Below, piece by piece: positions 1 to 8,199 of a DNA stretch of 35,819 nt. Under the pieces are notes generated by a model. The model did no database searches, was not told the DNA's origin, and was given only the letters and a program-made list of their open reading frames with translations. Made by a program: the position numbers and the translations under genes. Position 1 is the first letter of the stretch. The number at the start of each line of letters is the position of its first letter. The stretch spans positions 1 to 35,819 of the forward strand of contig JACROE010000002.1 of the NCBI GenBank assembly GCA_016214565.1. Reading direction: 5' to 3'. Source of the DNA: Candidatus Kerfeldbacteria bacterium (lineage in GTDB: Bacteria; Patescibacteriota; Patescibacteriia; UBA10025; JAHIVO01).

Positions 1-1643
1 ACCCTGACATGAGGAGCGCCACCGGCGCCTGCGCCCGTAATAATTTCATCAACGCCATCACCATTGACATCTCCAGCCGCCACATTCACCCCACCCCGAA
101 ACGTCGTGGCGTAGGCGAAGAAACTGTAGAGCGAATTCCCGCGTGCATCAAAAGCCCTGACATGAGGAGCGCCACCGGCGCCTGCGCCAGTAATAATTTC
201 ATATATACCATTACCATCAATATCACCAGTTGCTACATTCACCCCACCCCGAAACGTCGTGGCATAGGCGAAAAATTGGGACTGCAGAACGCCACCAGTA
301 TTAAACAGGCGTACGTGCGGACCGCCCCCCTTGCCAGCCGCAGTAATAATCGGGTGCGAAGAGGGTAATAGCCAACCAACGCTTGCCGCGATATTGACCA
401 GTCCCGATCCCATTTGACCACGGTAGTCAGGATTGACAGAATCTAAACCACGAGCATTTTGCTTCAAAATCTGAATAAGCTGATCAGGGGTGAGACTGGC
501 ATTATATGATTTCAATAAAGCGGCAGCGCCAGCAATAATCGGACTGGCAAACGAAGTGCCCGACCACCCCCCGAGGTAATAATCATCCAATCTCACACCT
601 GTCACTGGATGTGTCTTACTGGGCTCATACACACCCGTAGAAAAAATATTTTTTGCTGGAGCCACCAGATCAATACACGCGCTCCCATAATTAGACCCTC
701 CGATCACTTCACCTTGGCTCGTAAAGAGAGCAAGATGATTTTGCGCATCAACGCCACCTACTGTTAAAACATGTTGCAAACAAGCAGGATAGACTGGAAA
801 TTCATCGAGATCAAGTAAGTCATTCCCCGCAGCAGCCACCACTAAAACGCCCGCAGCATAAGCGTCATTGATCGCGAGCGCTAAAAATGGGTCCAATTCA
901 GCGCCGACGAGACTCAAATTAATAATGTGCGCGCCATTTGCTATTGCATATTGGATGCCGTTGTATACATCGACTGTATAACCACTCCCAGTGCTGTCGA
1001 GCACCCGAACGGGCATAATGCGGGTAGCCCAGGCAACCCCGGAAACACCGATACCATTATTTCCAACCGCACCAATGATGCCAGCTACCGCTGTCCCATG
1101 ATGCACGCCTGATTCAACCCACCCGGGATCAAAATCAGGATTAGGATCGCCAGAATCATCTATGGCGTTCCAACCATTACGATCATCGATATACCCATTC
1201 ACATCATCATCAATACCATTAGTAGGAATCTCACCCGTGTTTACCCAAATATTCTTAGCAAGATCAGGATGATTCGTGTCTACCCCCGTATCTAATACCG
1301 CAACCACCACGCTTCGGGAGCCGATCGTCTGATCCCAGCTTGGGGGTGTATTAACATAGCGCAAATAATTTTGCGACGAATAATATGCATCATTGGGAAT
1401 GCGAACCGCTTCATAGCGATAATTACCCCCTACCATCGCAACTTCCGGCTGCATGGCTAACCAGGCTCGAACCGCTTCTGTATCGCCTGCCTCAATAATG
1501 GGGACCGCAACTGCCTGCTTTTCGCCGACAAAGCTAACTACCAATGAATCGCCAGTTTGCCCATATACCGGTTTTATTAGGCATACGGAAATTACAATAA
1601 TGACCCCCAATAGACTAATAATCTGCCACACGCGTAATTGCAT
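1..1643 (-). CDS. Secreted subtilisin-like (peptidase S8) protease with C-terminal FG-GAP-type repeats; C-terminus runs off the left edge (partial)
   Basis: Absent from the ORF track because it is open at the window edge. My translation from the ATG at 1643-1641 gives MQLRVWQIISLLGVIIVISVCL (signal/TM). S8 triad motifs follow: VAVLDTGVD (Asp), HHGTAVAGIIG (His) and GWSGTSFASPIIAGAAALL (Ser). From roughly residue 420 there are at least three ~51-aa repeats FFAYATTFRGGVNVAxGDxxGxGxxEIITGAGAGGAPHVR. The start lies 5 nt after the stop of the upstream gene. Confidence 0.85.
   Translation of the reverse strand, partial: MQLRVWQIISLLGVIIVISVCLIKPVYGQTGDSLVVSFVGEKQAVAVPIIEAGDTEAVRAWLAMQPEVAMVGGNYRYEAVRIPNDAYYSSQNYLRYVNTPPSWDQTIGSRSVVVAVLDTGVDTNHPDLAKNIWVNTGEIPTNGIDDDVNGYIDDRNGWNAIDDSGDPNPDFDPGWVESGVHHGTAVAGIIGAVGNNGIGVSGVAWATRIMPVRVLDSTGSGYTVDVYNGIQYAIANGAHIINLSLVGAELDPFLALAINDAYAAGVLVVAAAGNDLLDLDEFPVYPACLQHVLTVGGVDAQNHLALFTSQGEVIGGSNYGSACIDLVAPAKNIFSTGVYEPSKTHPVTGVRLDDYYLGGWSGTSFASPIIAGAAALLKSYNASLTPDQLIQILKQNARGLDSVNPDYRGQMGSGLVNIAASVGWLLPSSHPIITAAGKGGGPHVRLFNTGGVLQSQFFAYATTFRGGVNVATGDIDGNGIYEIITGAGAGGAPHVRAFDARGNSLYSFFAYATTFRGGVNVAAGDVNGDGVDEIITGAGAGGAPHVR
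2..310 (-). repeat. Intragenic tandem repeat, period 153 nt, encoding FG-GAP-type repeats of the S8 protease
   Basis: 2-35 is identical to 155-188 (34 nt). 37-49 is identical to 190-202. 82-110 is identical to 235-263 (29 nt). Substitutions cluster between these blocks. Confidence 0.9.
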
Positions 1644-1648
1644 GAACA

Positions 1649-2884
1649 TTACTCAATAGTCAAATTTATTTTTTGTGAGGTCCCATCCCGTATCAGCGTC
1701 ACTGCTAACGTATCGCCTGCCTCATGATTAAGAATGAGTTCGCTTAATGTTTCAGACTCGGTCAGTGGTGTGCTATTAATTTCGGTTATGATATCACCTA
1801 TCTGAATGCCTGCTTTTTCAGCAAGGCTACCGCTGACGACCCCTGACTCGGAACCGAAGCTAGTAATATAGGCGCCTTGGGATGCCCCATCAGCTATACG
1901 GCTTCCGTCAGCAAGCATATCCAGCGTAACATAATGTACTCCAAACGATGGGCGGATAATCCGTCCGCTTACGAAGCTTGATTCGAGAATGTTTGATACG
2001 TATGAAAATGGAACAACCACATAGGTATCATGTTCTCGCACCAAAATGCCTAAGGCTTTTTTATCTAGAGTAAAAACAACGGCATGCAGAAAATCAGAAT
2101 CAAGCGCGCTGCCGAGCAGCACCCGTGCTTGATAACGATCAGTTGAAAAATAAAGATCGGCGCCCGTCGATACTGGGTAATACCTAGTCTGCTGGATCGA
2201 CGTTTTTAAAATTCGCGGGCCACGGCTGCCAGTATCACGCGCTAAAGCGACCACCTCTTCAGAATTTCTGATGCTATCAATGTCGCTAAATGCAACCGTA
2301 GATAGTTTATTCGCATCTAATTTTAATATAGCGTACGGCGTAGCTGAATCGCGCATTACGCTCGAAACAGCGTACACGCTTCCATCATAGCCAATGGCTA
2401 CATACGACTGATCATCGACAACGGTAGTTGCGTCAATAATGACGTATCCATCCTCTGTAATGACAAATCCTTCACCGACTTTTTCACTGCTTACATACTG
2501 GTTTTCTAAGCCCGCGCTTGAGGTGTGTGCGGGGTAGATAGTCACCAGCGTATGGTCGAGGTCCTGAGCGATCGTCTCTACCTGCTCGGCGGTTAGAACG
2601 CGATCTTTATTCCGTGAAGTCAAGACAACTGAGGGGGAATCACTCGAAGAAAACCCTAATTGCTCAAGAAAAGGTAGTTCGTTCGAGAACCAAATCAGTG
2701 ATAACTGCCCAACAATACCAGCCGCAAATCCAATAATCAAAATCATCATAAGCCACACCATTGACGGACGTGGGGCGACACGCGGACGATCAAATGATTT
2801 TAATTGAGTTCCATATAATTTTTCAATGTCACTGCCTTCTTCGGCAATGACTTTAGGTGAGGTCGGACTCGTGCGTGGTTTCAT
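1649..2884 (-). CDS. Membrane-anchored HtrA/DegP-like protein with C-terminal PDZ domain; catalytic triad apparently degenerate
   Basis: 411-aa ORF with an N-terminal TM (VWLMMILIIGFAAGIVGQLSLIWF). Trypsin-fold-like core: GEGFVITEDGYVIIDATTVV ... PYAILKLD. PDZ-like tail: GAYITSFGSESGVVSGSLAEKAGIQIGDIITEINSTPL ... GDTLAVTLIRDG. Confidence 0.65.
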   Translation of the reverse strand: MKPRTSPTSPKVIAEEGSDIEKLYGTQLKSFDRPRVAPRPSMVWLMMILIIGFAAGIVGQLSLIWFSNELPFLEQLGFSSSDSPSVVLTSRNKDRVLTAEQVETIAQDLDHTLVTIYPAHTSSAGLENQYVSSEKVGEGFVITEDGYVIIDATTVVDDQSYVAIGYDGSVYAVSSVMRDSATPYAILKLDANKLSTVAFSDIDSIRNSEEVVALARDTGSRGPRILKTSIQQTRYYPVSTGADLYFSTDRYQARVLLGSALDSDFLHAVVFTLDKKALGILVREHDTYVVVPFSYVSNILESSFVSGRIIRPSFGVHYVTLDMLADGSRIADGASQGAYITSFGSESGVVSGSLAEKAGIQIGDIITEINSTPLTESETLSELILNHEAGDTLAVTLIRDGTSQKINLTIE

Positions 2885-2888
2885 GCTG

Positions 2889-3656
2889 TTAGATCCATTT
2901 AGTAGTTAAAAATACGGCCAAAATAATTCCTCCGGCGATGAGCACATACGCGCGTACCCCGCTCGCAGATAAAGAATCCTTTAGGTAATCTTTAGAAATA
3001 TTCATAAATAAATAATACGCGCAGGTAACGGTAATAGCGCTCACCACGTAACTCACTGGTAAAAAACTCAACACATACGCCAATTCAGCCATAGTTAACC
3101 CGGCGATCAATGTGAAAAAGCGGCCGGCTTTCCATGAAATCTTATACGACCAAAGGGTTCGTGAATAAAGAAATCCACTTGCAAACAAAATAATCAAAAA
3201 AAGCGGCCAAAATCGCCAGCCAATCAAAATGTTTGCCCCAAAGGCACTCCCATATAATAAAAATAAGGCTAGGAGATTACTATAACTATATATATTCTCC
3301 AACGCGTATGGCTGATACTTTTCCGTTTGATGAAGAAATGAAAAAATATTTTTCAATAAAAGAGTAAATATAATCGAAATGCCTCCAACAAATATCCACC
3401 GCACTACATCATTATCAATAAATACGAAAAAGCAAGTGGCGCAAATTATTAACGCAAGCGGTGTAGTAATGAATTGAAAAAAGTGTGTATCCCCTGACTG
3501 TTCGTGAGTTAATGACCAAACTGAGCCGAATGCTATGAGTAAAAATGTAATTCCTACTCCAACAATCCAGGTTGGACGAATCGACCAAATAGCAAATGTC
3601 GAGGCAATAAGGATTGCGCTTATATATGGAACAAATCTATTAAATAAATACAACAT
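2889..3656 (-). CDS. Polytopic integral membrane protein, function unknown
   Basis: 255-aa ORF that is almost entirely hydrophobic helices (about 8 by eye). It is tightly packed between neighbouring genes of the same operon. Confidence 0.6.
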   Translation of the reverse strand: MLYLFNRFVPYISAILIASTFAIWSIRPTWIVGVGITFLLIAFGSVWSLTHEQSGDTHFFQFITTPLALIICATCFFVFIDNDVVRWIFVGGISIIFTLLLKNIFSFLHQTEKYQPYALENIYSYSNLLALFLLYGSAFGANILIGWRFWPLFLIILFASGFLYSRTLWSYKISWKAGRFFTLIAGLTMAELAYVLSFLPVSYVVSAITVTCAYYLFMNISKDYLKDSLSASGVRAYVLIAGGIILAVFLTTKWI

Positions 3657-3657
3657 G

Positions 3658-4185
3658 CTAACTGGTTGAATTATCGGTTGATGTTTCAGCTTCTTGATGC
3701 GACCGTTGCACGCTGATAATGCTTTGCTGGACTAATTCTGGATTTTTCACTCCGTGCAGCTCAATATTTGCCTGATTGCCTGCCGTCTGAATGATGACAC
3801 TACCGTAATGAAATACAGTCTGGGCAATACCTTTAATACGTATGCTGACGTCTTGAATTTTCTCGTAGGTCGTTTCAGAAACAGTTCGATCGAAAAAACC
3901 GCGTTGGTCAAGATCGATAATACGATCTTCCGTGATAACAAATACGTTAAACGTATATACATAGCCGATCCGCGCTCCAAGAAATACTCCGATGCAGAGG
4001 GTTACTACAAATATTACGATTCCCGGTAATCCCCAGCGCACCAGTGGCACCATAAAGAAAAATGGTGCTATAATAAACCCTGCAGCTATCACCACGCTTC
4101 CCGTGAACACCAGCGCGTATTTACGCACGATCATCACCACAAGTTCCTCAGCTTTCAGCATTTTTTGTAACCGCTGTTCAAACAT
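3658..4185 (-). CDS. Membrane protein with bacterial PH (bPH_2 / YdbS-YdbT-like) domain
   Basis: 175 aa with two N-terminal TM helices (LVFTGSVVIAAGFIIAPFFFMV, GIVIFVVTLCIGVFLGARIGYV). These are followed by ITEDRIIDLDQRGFFDRTVSETTYEKIQDVSIRIKGIAQTVFHYGSVIIQTAG, which matches my memory of the bPH_2 fold. Confidence 0.55.
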   Translation of the reverse strand: MFEQRLQKMLKAEELVVMIVRKYALVFTGSVVIAAGFIIAPFFFMVPLVRWGLPGIVIFVVTLCIGVFLGARIGYVYTFNVFVITEDRIIDLDQRGFFDRTVSETTYEKIQDVSIRIKGIAQTVFHYGSVIIQTAGNQANIELHGVKNPELVQQSIISVQRSHQEAETSTDNSTS

Positions 4186-4192
4186 GGGTAAT

Positions 4193-4198
4193 ACTATA
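4193..4198 (-). promoter_or_regulatory. -10 box TATAGT, 7 nt upstream of the bPH-protein ATG (leaderless-type)
   Basis: Minus strand reads TATAGT-attaccc-ATG. The box sits in the palindrome ACTATAGT, so TATAGT also reads on the plus strand at 4195-4200. No convincing -35. Confidence 0.35.
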
Positions 4199-4211
4199 GT
4201 AAATAGATACT

Positions 4212-4322
4212 ATGCATAAAAAAACAATTCGAATCATCTGGCTCATCATCGTCATCATAGGCGTCCTCAGTATGCTCTTCTTTACTTTCCTGCCAGCCTT
4301 TTCTGGTTCATCAGCGTTTTAG
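4212..4322 (+). CDS. Possible 36-aa single-pass membrane peptide
   Basis: ATG at 4212 gives MHKKTIRIIWLIIVIIGVLSMLFFTFLPAFSGSSAF, a basic N-terminus followed by one TM. Its 3' end overlaps the lepA stop convergently by 12 nt. Too short for the ORF track, and I have no homology evidence. Confidence 0.25.
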   Translation: MHKKTIRIIWLIIVIIGVLSMLFFTFLPAFSGSSAF

Positions 4323-6134
4323 GACGGCCCGATACGCCTCGGGTGGGATATCCACTGTACCCATACTCCGCATGCGCTGCTTGCCTTTTTTCTGTTTCTC
4401 TAGGAGTTTGCGTTTTCTAGTGACATCACCACCATAGAGTTTGGCGGTAACGTCTTTTCGCATTGCGGATATGCGGCTGGATGCAATAATCTTTCCACCA
4501 AGGCTGGCCTGAATCTTAACCTCAAACATCTGCCGCGGGATTACTTCCTTTAATTGATCAACAACGGTACGGCCAATCCGATAAGCATCAGCGCTATATA
4601 CAATCGATGCCAATGCCTCGACGGGATCTTCGGCTACAATGATATCCATGCGCTGAACCACACAAGGACGATAGTTCAGAAAATCATAATTTAATGAAGC
4701 ATAACCAGCACTGATACTCTTCAGTGTATCATAAAAATCAACCAAGAGACTAGCTAAGGGCACTTCATAATGAAGCACTGCTTTCTCGGCATCTAAATAC
4801 TCGGTGGTGCTAAAAACACCGCGTTTTTCCTGTACCATAGTCATGATGGGCCCAATGGAGCTACTCGGGGTAACAATGTCAACGCGCATCCATGGCTCTT
4901 CCACCCGATCAATATGAGTGGCTTCGGGTAATTCATGCGGATTGGTGACAACGATGGTTGTGCCGGAAAACCGTTTGTCTTTGCGCTGACGGTTGTGGAT
5001 CCCCGCCTTACTGAGCGTAACGCGATATGCGACCGAAGGCGCGGTCACAACAATTGCTACATGGTGTTCCCGACGTATGCGTTCTTGAAATATTTCTAAA
5101 TGTAACATCCCGAGGAATCCGCAACGGAACCCAAACCCCAGTGCTTCTGAGTGATCCGGCTCGTACACGAGTGAAGCGTCAGTCAAGGCGACCTTGCTTA
5201 TAGCATCACGCAGTTCTTCATACGCATCCCCCTCTTTGCAATAGATTCCGGCAAAAACCATAGGCTTCAGTTCTCGGTACCCAGGCACCGCCTGGGTAGC
5301 AGGTTGACGCACCGTCGTCACTGTATCGCCAACACGACTGTGCTGAATGTCGCGCAGTCCGGTAACAATGTACCCGATTTCACCCGCCTGAAGCGATTCA
5401 CGCGGAGTAAGCCCCGGCTTGAAATAACCAATTTCCTCAACATCGGAAACAACACTACGTGCCATTAATTTGAGTTGTTCATGGTGTTGGATGGTACCAT
5501 TAAAGACACGTCCATATACCACCACCCCCTTATAGGTATCATAGAATGAATCAAACACCAGCATTTGCACTGGCGCTGTAGTATCGCCCACGGGCGGCGG
5601 TACTCGTCCAATTACTGCAGCAATTATTTGTTCAACATTGAGCCCGGTTTTTGCTGACACAGCTAAAATTTCTTCTGGACGACACCCGAGCAATTGCACC
5701 AAATCTGCACGAACTTGATCAACATTAGCATTTGGTAAATCAATTTTATTAATGACCGGTATAATGGTCAAATTTTGATCAAGTGCTAAATACAAATTCG
5801 CCAGTGTCTGTGCCTCGATCCCCTGACTCGCGTCAACCAATAGCAAGGCGCCCTCAACCGCAGCCAGCGAACGCGAGACTTCATAGGTAAAATCGACATG
5901 CCCGGGCGTATCAATAAGATTCAAAATATAACCATTATACTCCATGCGCACCGGCTGTAGTTTGATAGTTATCCCACGCTCACGCTCGAGCTCCATCTGG
6001 TCCAATAATTGCGCTTTCATGTGACGCGGGTCAACCGTTTTCGTCAATTCTAATAGTCGATCCGCAAGTGTTGATTTGCCATGATCGATATGCGCAATGA
6101 TGCAAAAATTTCGAATTTGCTTCAAGGGAATCAT
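4311..6134 (-). CDS. lepA: Translation elongation factor 4 (LepA)
   Basis: 607 aa with GTPase motifs AHIDHGKST, DTPGHVDF and NKIDL. Overall EF-G-like layout with a LepA-type C-terminal region. Confidence 0.95.
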   Translation of the reverse strand: MIPLKQIRNFCIIAHIDHGKSTLADRLLELTKTVDPRHMKAQLLDQMELERERGITIKLQPVRMEYNGYILNLIDTPGHVDFTYEVSRSLAAVEGALLLVDASQGIEAQTLANLYLALDQNLTIIPVINKIDLPNANVDQVRADLVQLLGCRPEEILAVSAKTGLNVEQIIAAVIGRVPPPVGDTTAPVQMLVFDSFYDTYKGVVVYGRVFNGTIQHHEQLKLMARSVVSDVEEIGYFKPGLTPRESLQAGEIGYIVTGLRDIQHSRVGDTVTTVRQPATQAVPGYRELKPMVFAGIYCKEGDAYEELRDAISKVALTDASLVYEPDHSEALGFGFRCGFLGMLHLEIFQERIRREHHVAIVVTAPSVAYRVTLSKAGIHNRQRKDKRFSGTTIVVTNPHELPEATHIDRVEEPWMRVDIVTPSSSIGPIMTMVQEKRGVFSTTEYLDAEKAVLHYEVPLASLLVDFYDTLKSISAGYASLNYDFLNYRPCVVQRMDIIVAEDPVEALASIVYSADAYRIGRTVVDQLKEVIPRQMFEVKIQASLGGKIIASSRISAMRKDVTAKLYGGDVTRKRKLLEKQKKGKQRMRSMGTVDIPPEAYRAVLKR

Positions 6135-7744
6135 TCGGTTGGCCTCCCATTACTTAATTGTTGACGCGCTCGTCGGAACCAATGCGTAATAATAGTTATT
6201 TCGTCACAGCGAAAAACGAGGGCAAATATGAGGTACGAAACTACGCCTACTACGGTGGCTCCAATGCCTTGCACCATTATGCCGACAAAAGTTTGCATAT
6301 TAACCCCCAAAGCAAGTATGTATTTAGCAGCAATAACGACTGCTGCCATCATCGCAGAAATCACCAATATTTTCAGAACCGAATTAATAATCTTTCTGTC
6401 ATCGAGATACCCTCGGGCACGACGAAGCAGCATTAGAAGCACCGCCATTTGTACGAAGCTGGTGATGGAAAAAGACAGCGCTAGTCCCATCACACCCATC
6501 ATCCGGCTAAGCATAATGCCACCAACTACATTTAATATCATCGTCCAAATTCCAATCTTGACGGGCGTCTTCGAATCGTGCCAGGCGTAAAACGAACGAG
6601 TTAATAATGGTATGGTACTCTGAGCGAATAAAGACAATGCAAAAAAACCCAACGCTTGAGCAGTTAAATATGTATCAGACCAATCAAACGCGCCAGCTCC
6701 CAGCACGACTCGAACAATTTGAGCACGCAGCAATAATATGAGAACAGAGGTAGGAATAATGAGGAATAAAATTCGTCGAAACGTTGTAGAAAAATGCATC
6801 ACAAACATGTCACTGTCTTTTCTCGCTGAGGCTTCACTAAAAAAGGGGTAAGACGCAACGGCTAGTGAAACGCCAAATACGTTGATCGGAAAATGCTGAA
6901 GGTTTGAAGCAAAATTAAAAATTGCGACTGAACCGGCTGCCAGGGTCGAACCTATGATAACACTAATCAATTGGTCAATCTGATTAACCGCTAAACCAAA
7001 TGTTCGCGGTAGCATGAGTCGTCCAATTTCTCGTACTCCGGGATGTTTACGATCAACTACAAATGCATACCGATATCCGAGCTTCAGTACACTTGGTACC
7101 TGAACAAGCAGATGCAATAATGAACCAAAAACAACTCCATAAGCAAGTCCATAGATACCATAATCGGGCACCCAAAAAATAATACCTACGATAATGCCAA
7201 CATTGTACAGCACCGGCGCAAATGCAAAACTAACATAGCGTTTAAAAGAATTAAGAATGCCGGTCAGTATATTACTGGCACCAAAAAAGATTATTGATAA
7301 AAGCATAATTCGTGTCATCTGAGCCACCATATGCTGTTTTTCTGGCGTAAAGCCAGGTGCGATAAACGGGACTAATTGCGGCGCAAAAATAAATAACACA
7401 ATCCCAAATACAACTAAACCAAACAGTAGAATATTCATCATTGCGTTGGCTAAATACCAAACTGACTGCCGTTCAGAAGGATCAATTTTTGCACGCTCAA
7501 TGTACTGTACAAACACAGGGATAAAAGCAGCCGAAAGTGCTCCCAGTACCAGTACATTAAAAATCAAATCAGGAATACGGAACGCAGTGTAATACACATC
7601 CAGTGTATCCCCGGCTCCAAATTGGGAAGCGAGTAAGCGATCGCGAATCAATCCAAAAAGCCGGCTGACAACTGAGGCGCCGGCGATAATAATTGCCCCA
7701 CCGGTAAGGGTGGTGGTTAGCTTTCGCCAAATCTTCACAAACAT
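6131..7744 (-). CDS. murJ: Lipid II flippase MurJ (MviN family)
   Basis: 537 aa and polytopic. The N-terminus SRLFGLIRDRLLASQFGAGDTLDVYYTAFRIPDLIFNVLVLGALSAAFIPVF is typical of MurJ. 4-nt overlap with the lepA start. Confidence 0.9.
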   Translation of the reverse strand: MFVKIWRKLTTTLTGGAIIIAGASVVSRLFGLIRDRLLASQFGAGDTLDVYYTAFRIPDLIFNVLVLGALSAAFIPVFVQYIERAKIDPSERQSVWYLANAMMNILLFGLVVFGIVLFIFAPQLVPFIAPGFTPEKQHMVAQMTRIMLLSIIFFGASNILTGILNSFKRYVSFAFAPVLYNVGIIVGIIFWVPDYGIYGLAYGVVFGSLLHLLVQVPSVLKLGYRYAFVVDRKHPGVREIGRLMLPRTFGLAVNQIDQLISVIIGSTLAAGSVAIFNFASNLQHFPINVFGVSLAVASYPFFSEASARKDSDMFVMHFSTTFRRILFLIIPTSVLILLLRAQIVRVVLGAGAFDWSDTYLTAQALGFFALSLFAQSTIPLLTRSFYAWHDSKTPVKIGIWTMILNVVGGIMLSRMMGVMGLALSFSITSFVQMAVLLMLLRRARGYLDDRKIINSVLKILVISAMMAAVVIAAKYILALGVNMQTFVGIMVQGIGATVVGVVSYLIFALVFRCDEITIITHWFRRARQQLSNGRPTE

Positions 7745-7753
7745 AGTAAAAAA

Positions 7754-7782
7754 ATTATACCAACTTTATTAACATTTTTCAA
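7754..7782 (-). promoter_or_regulatory. Sigma-70-type promoter of murJ-lepA; leaderless-type spacing
   Basis: Minus strand reads TTGAAA (7782-7777), a 17-nt spacer, then TATAAT (7759-7754), then 9 nt (ttttttact) to the murJ ATG. Confidence 0.65.
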
Positions 7783-8138
7783 GTCTTGTTATCCTTTAGT
7801 GTGTCGTAAAATGGTTTGCAATGCAAACCATCCTGAGCGTAGCGAAGGACCTCAAGGTCGCCCTGAGTCAGAGAAGGGTCTCAGGCAAACCAAAAAGCTG
7901 CCGACAAGCGACAAGCCCAATTGGTACCTCTGATTATTGGAAATGTCCTAAATACAATTTTTAGAACATTTGAGGAGAGAGATTTTCCAAAACCAGTGGT
8001 TGTGGACTCGTCTATTACATTACTTGCCGACAGCTTGCTGATGCGTACACACAGGTAAGCACGATATTTGGTATAGTTGCGATTTAGTAAAATGTCAAGA
8101 TACTGCTTTTTTGAGCATTGAAACCTTATTCAATATTC

Positions 8139-8193
8139 AAAAAAGGAGTGGAGGGCAATCAATGCAAGTGGTTAAAATGCATTGACGCCCTCC
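8139..8193 (-). terminator. Rho-independent terminator after the 134-aa membrane-protein gene
   Basis: Minus strand reads ggagggcgtcaatgca-ttttaaccact-tgcattgattgccctcc followed by actccTTTTTTg. It starts 7 nt after the TAA at 8200-8202. Confidence 0.8.
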
Positions 8194-8199
8194 GATAAC

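Noticed and set aside
1-310. Diversity-generating retroelement (TR/VR pair), suggested by the two near-identical 153-nt units.
   Set aside because: Differences between the units are of all types (C/A, C/T, G/A, T/A, dinucleotide swaps), not adenine-specific. Both units lie in frame in the same gene as protein repeats, and the window contains no reverse transcriptase.
9-1659. Track ORFs 9..368(+), 239..421(-), 927..1112(+) and 1453..1659(+).
   Set aside because: They are shadow frames inside the S8 protease gene (minus strand, open from 1643 to the left edge), which has clear catalytic motifs. None has a motif of its own.
7838-7895. Glycine riboswitch, suggested by GCGAAGGAC and CTCAGGCAAAcc, which resemble CGCCGAAGGAGCAA and CTCAGGCAAAAGGAC.
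   Set aside because: There is no GGAGAG 5' element and the spacing is wrong. No plus-strand gene lies downstream; the next plus-strand coding sequence is kilobases away.
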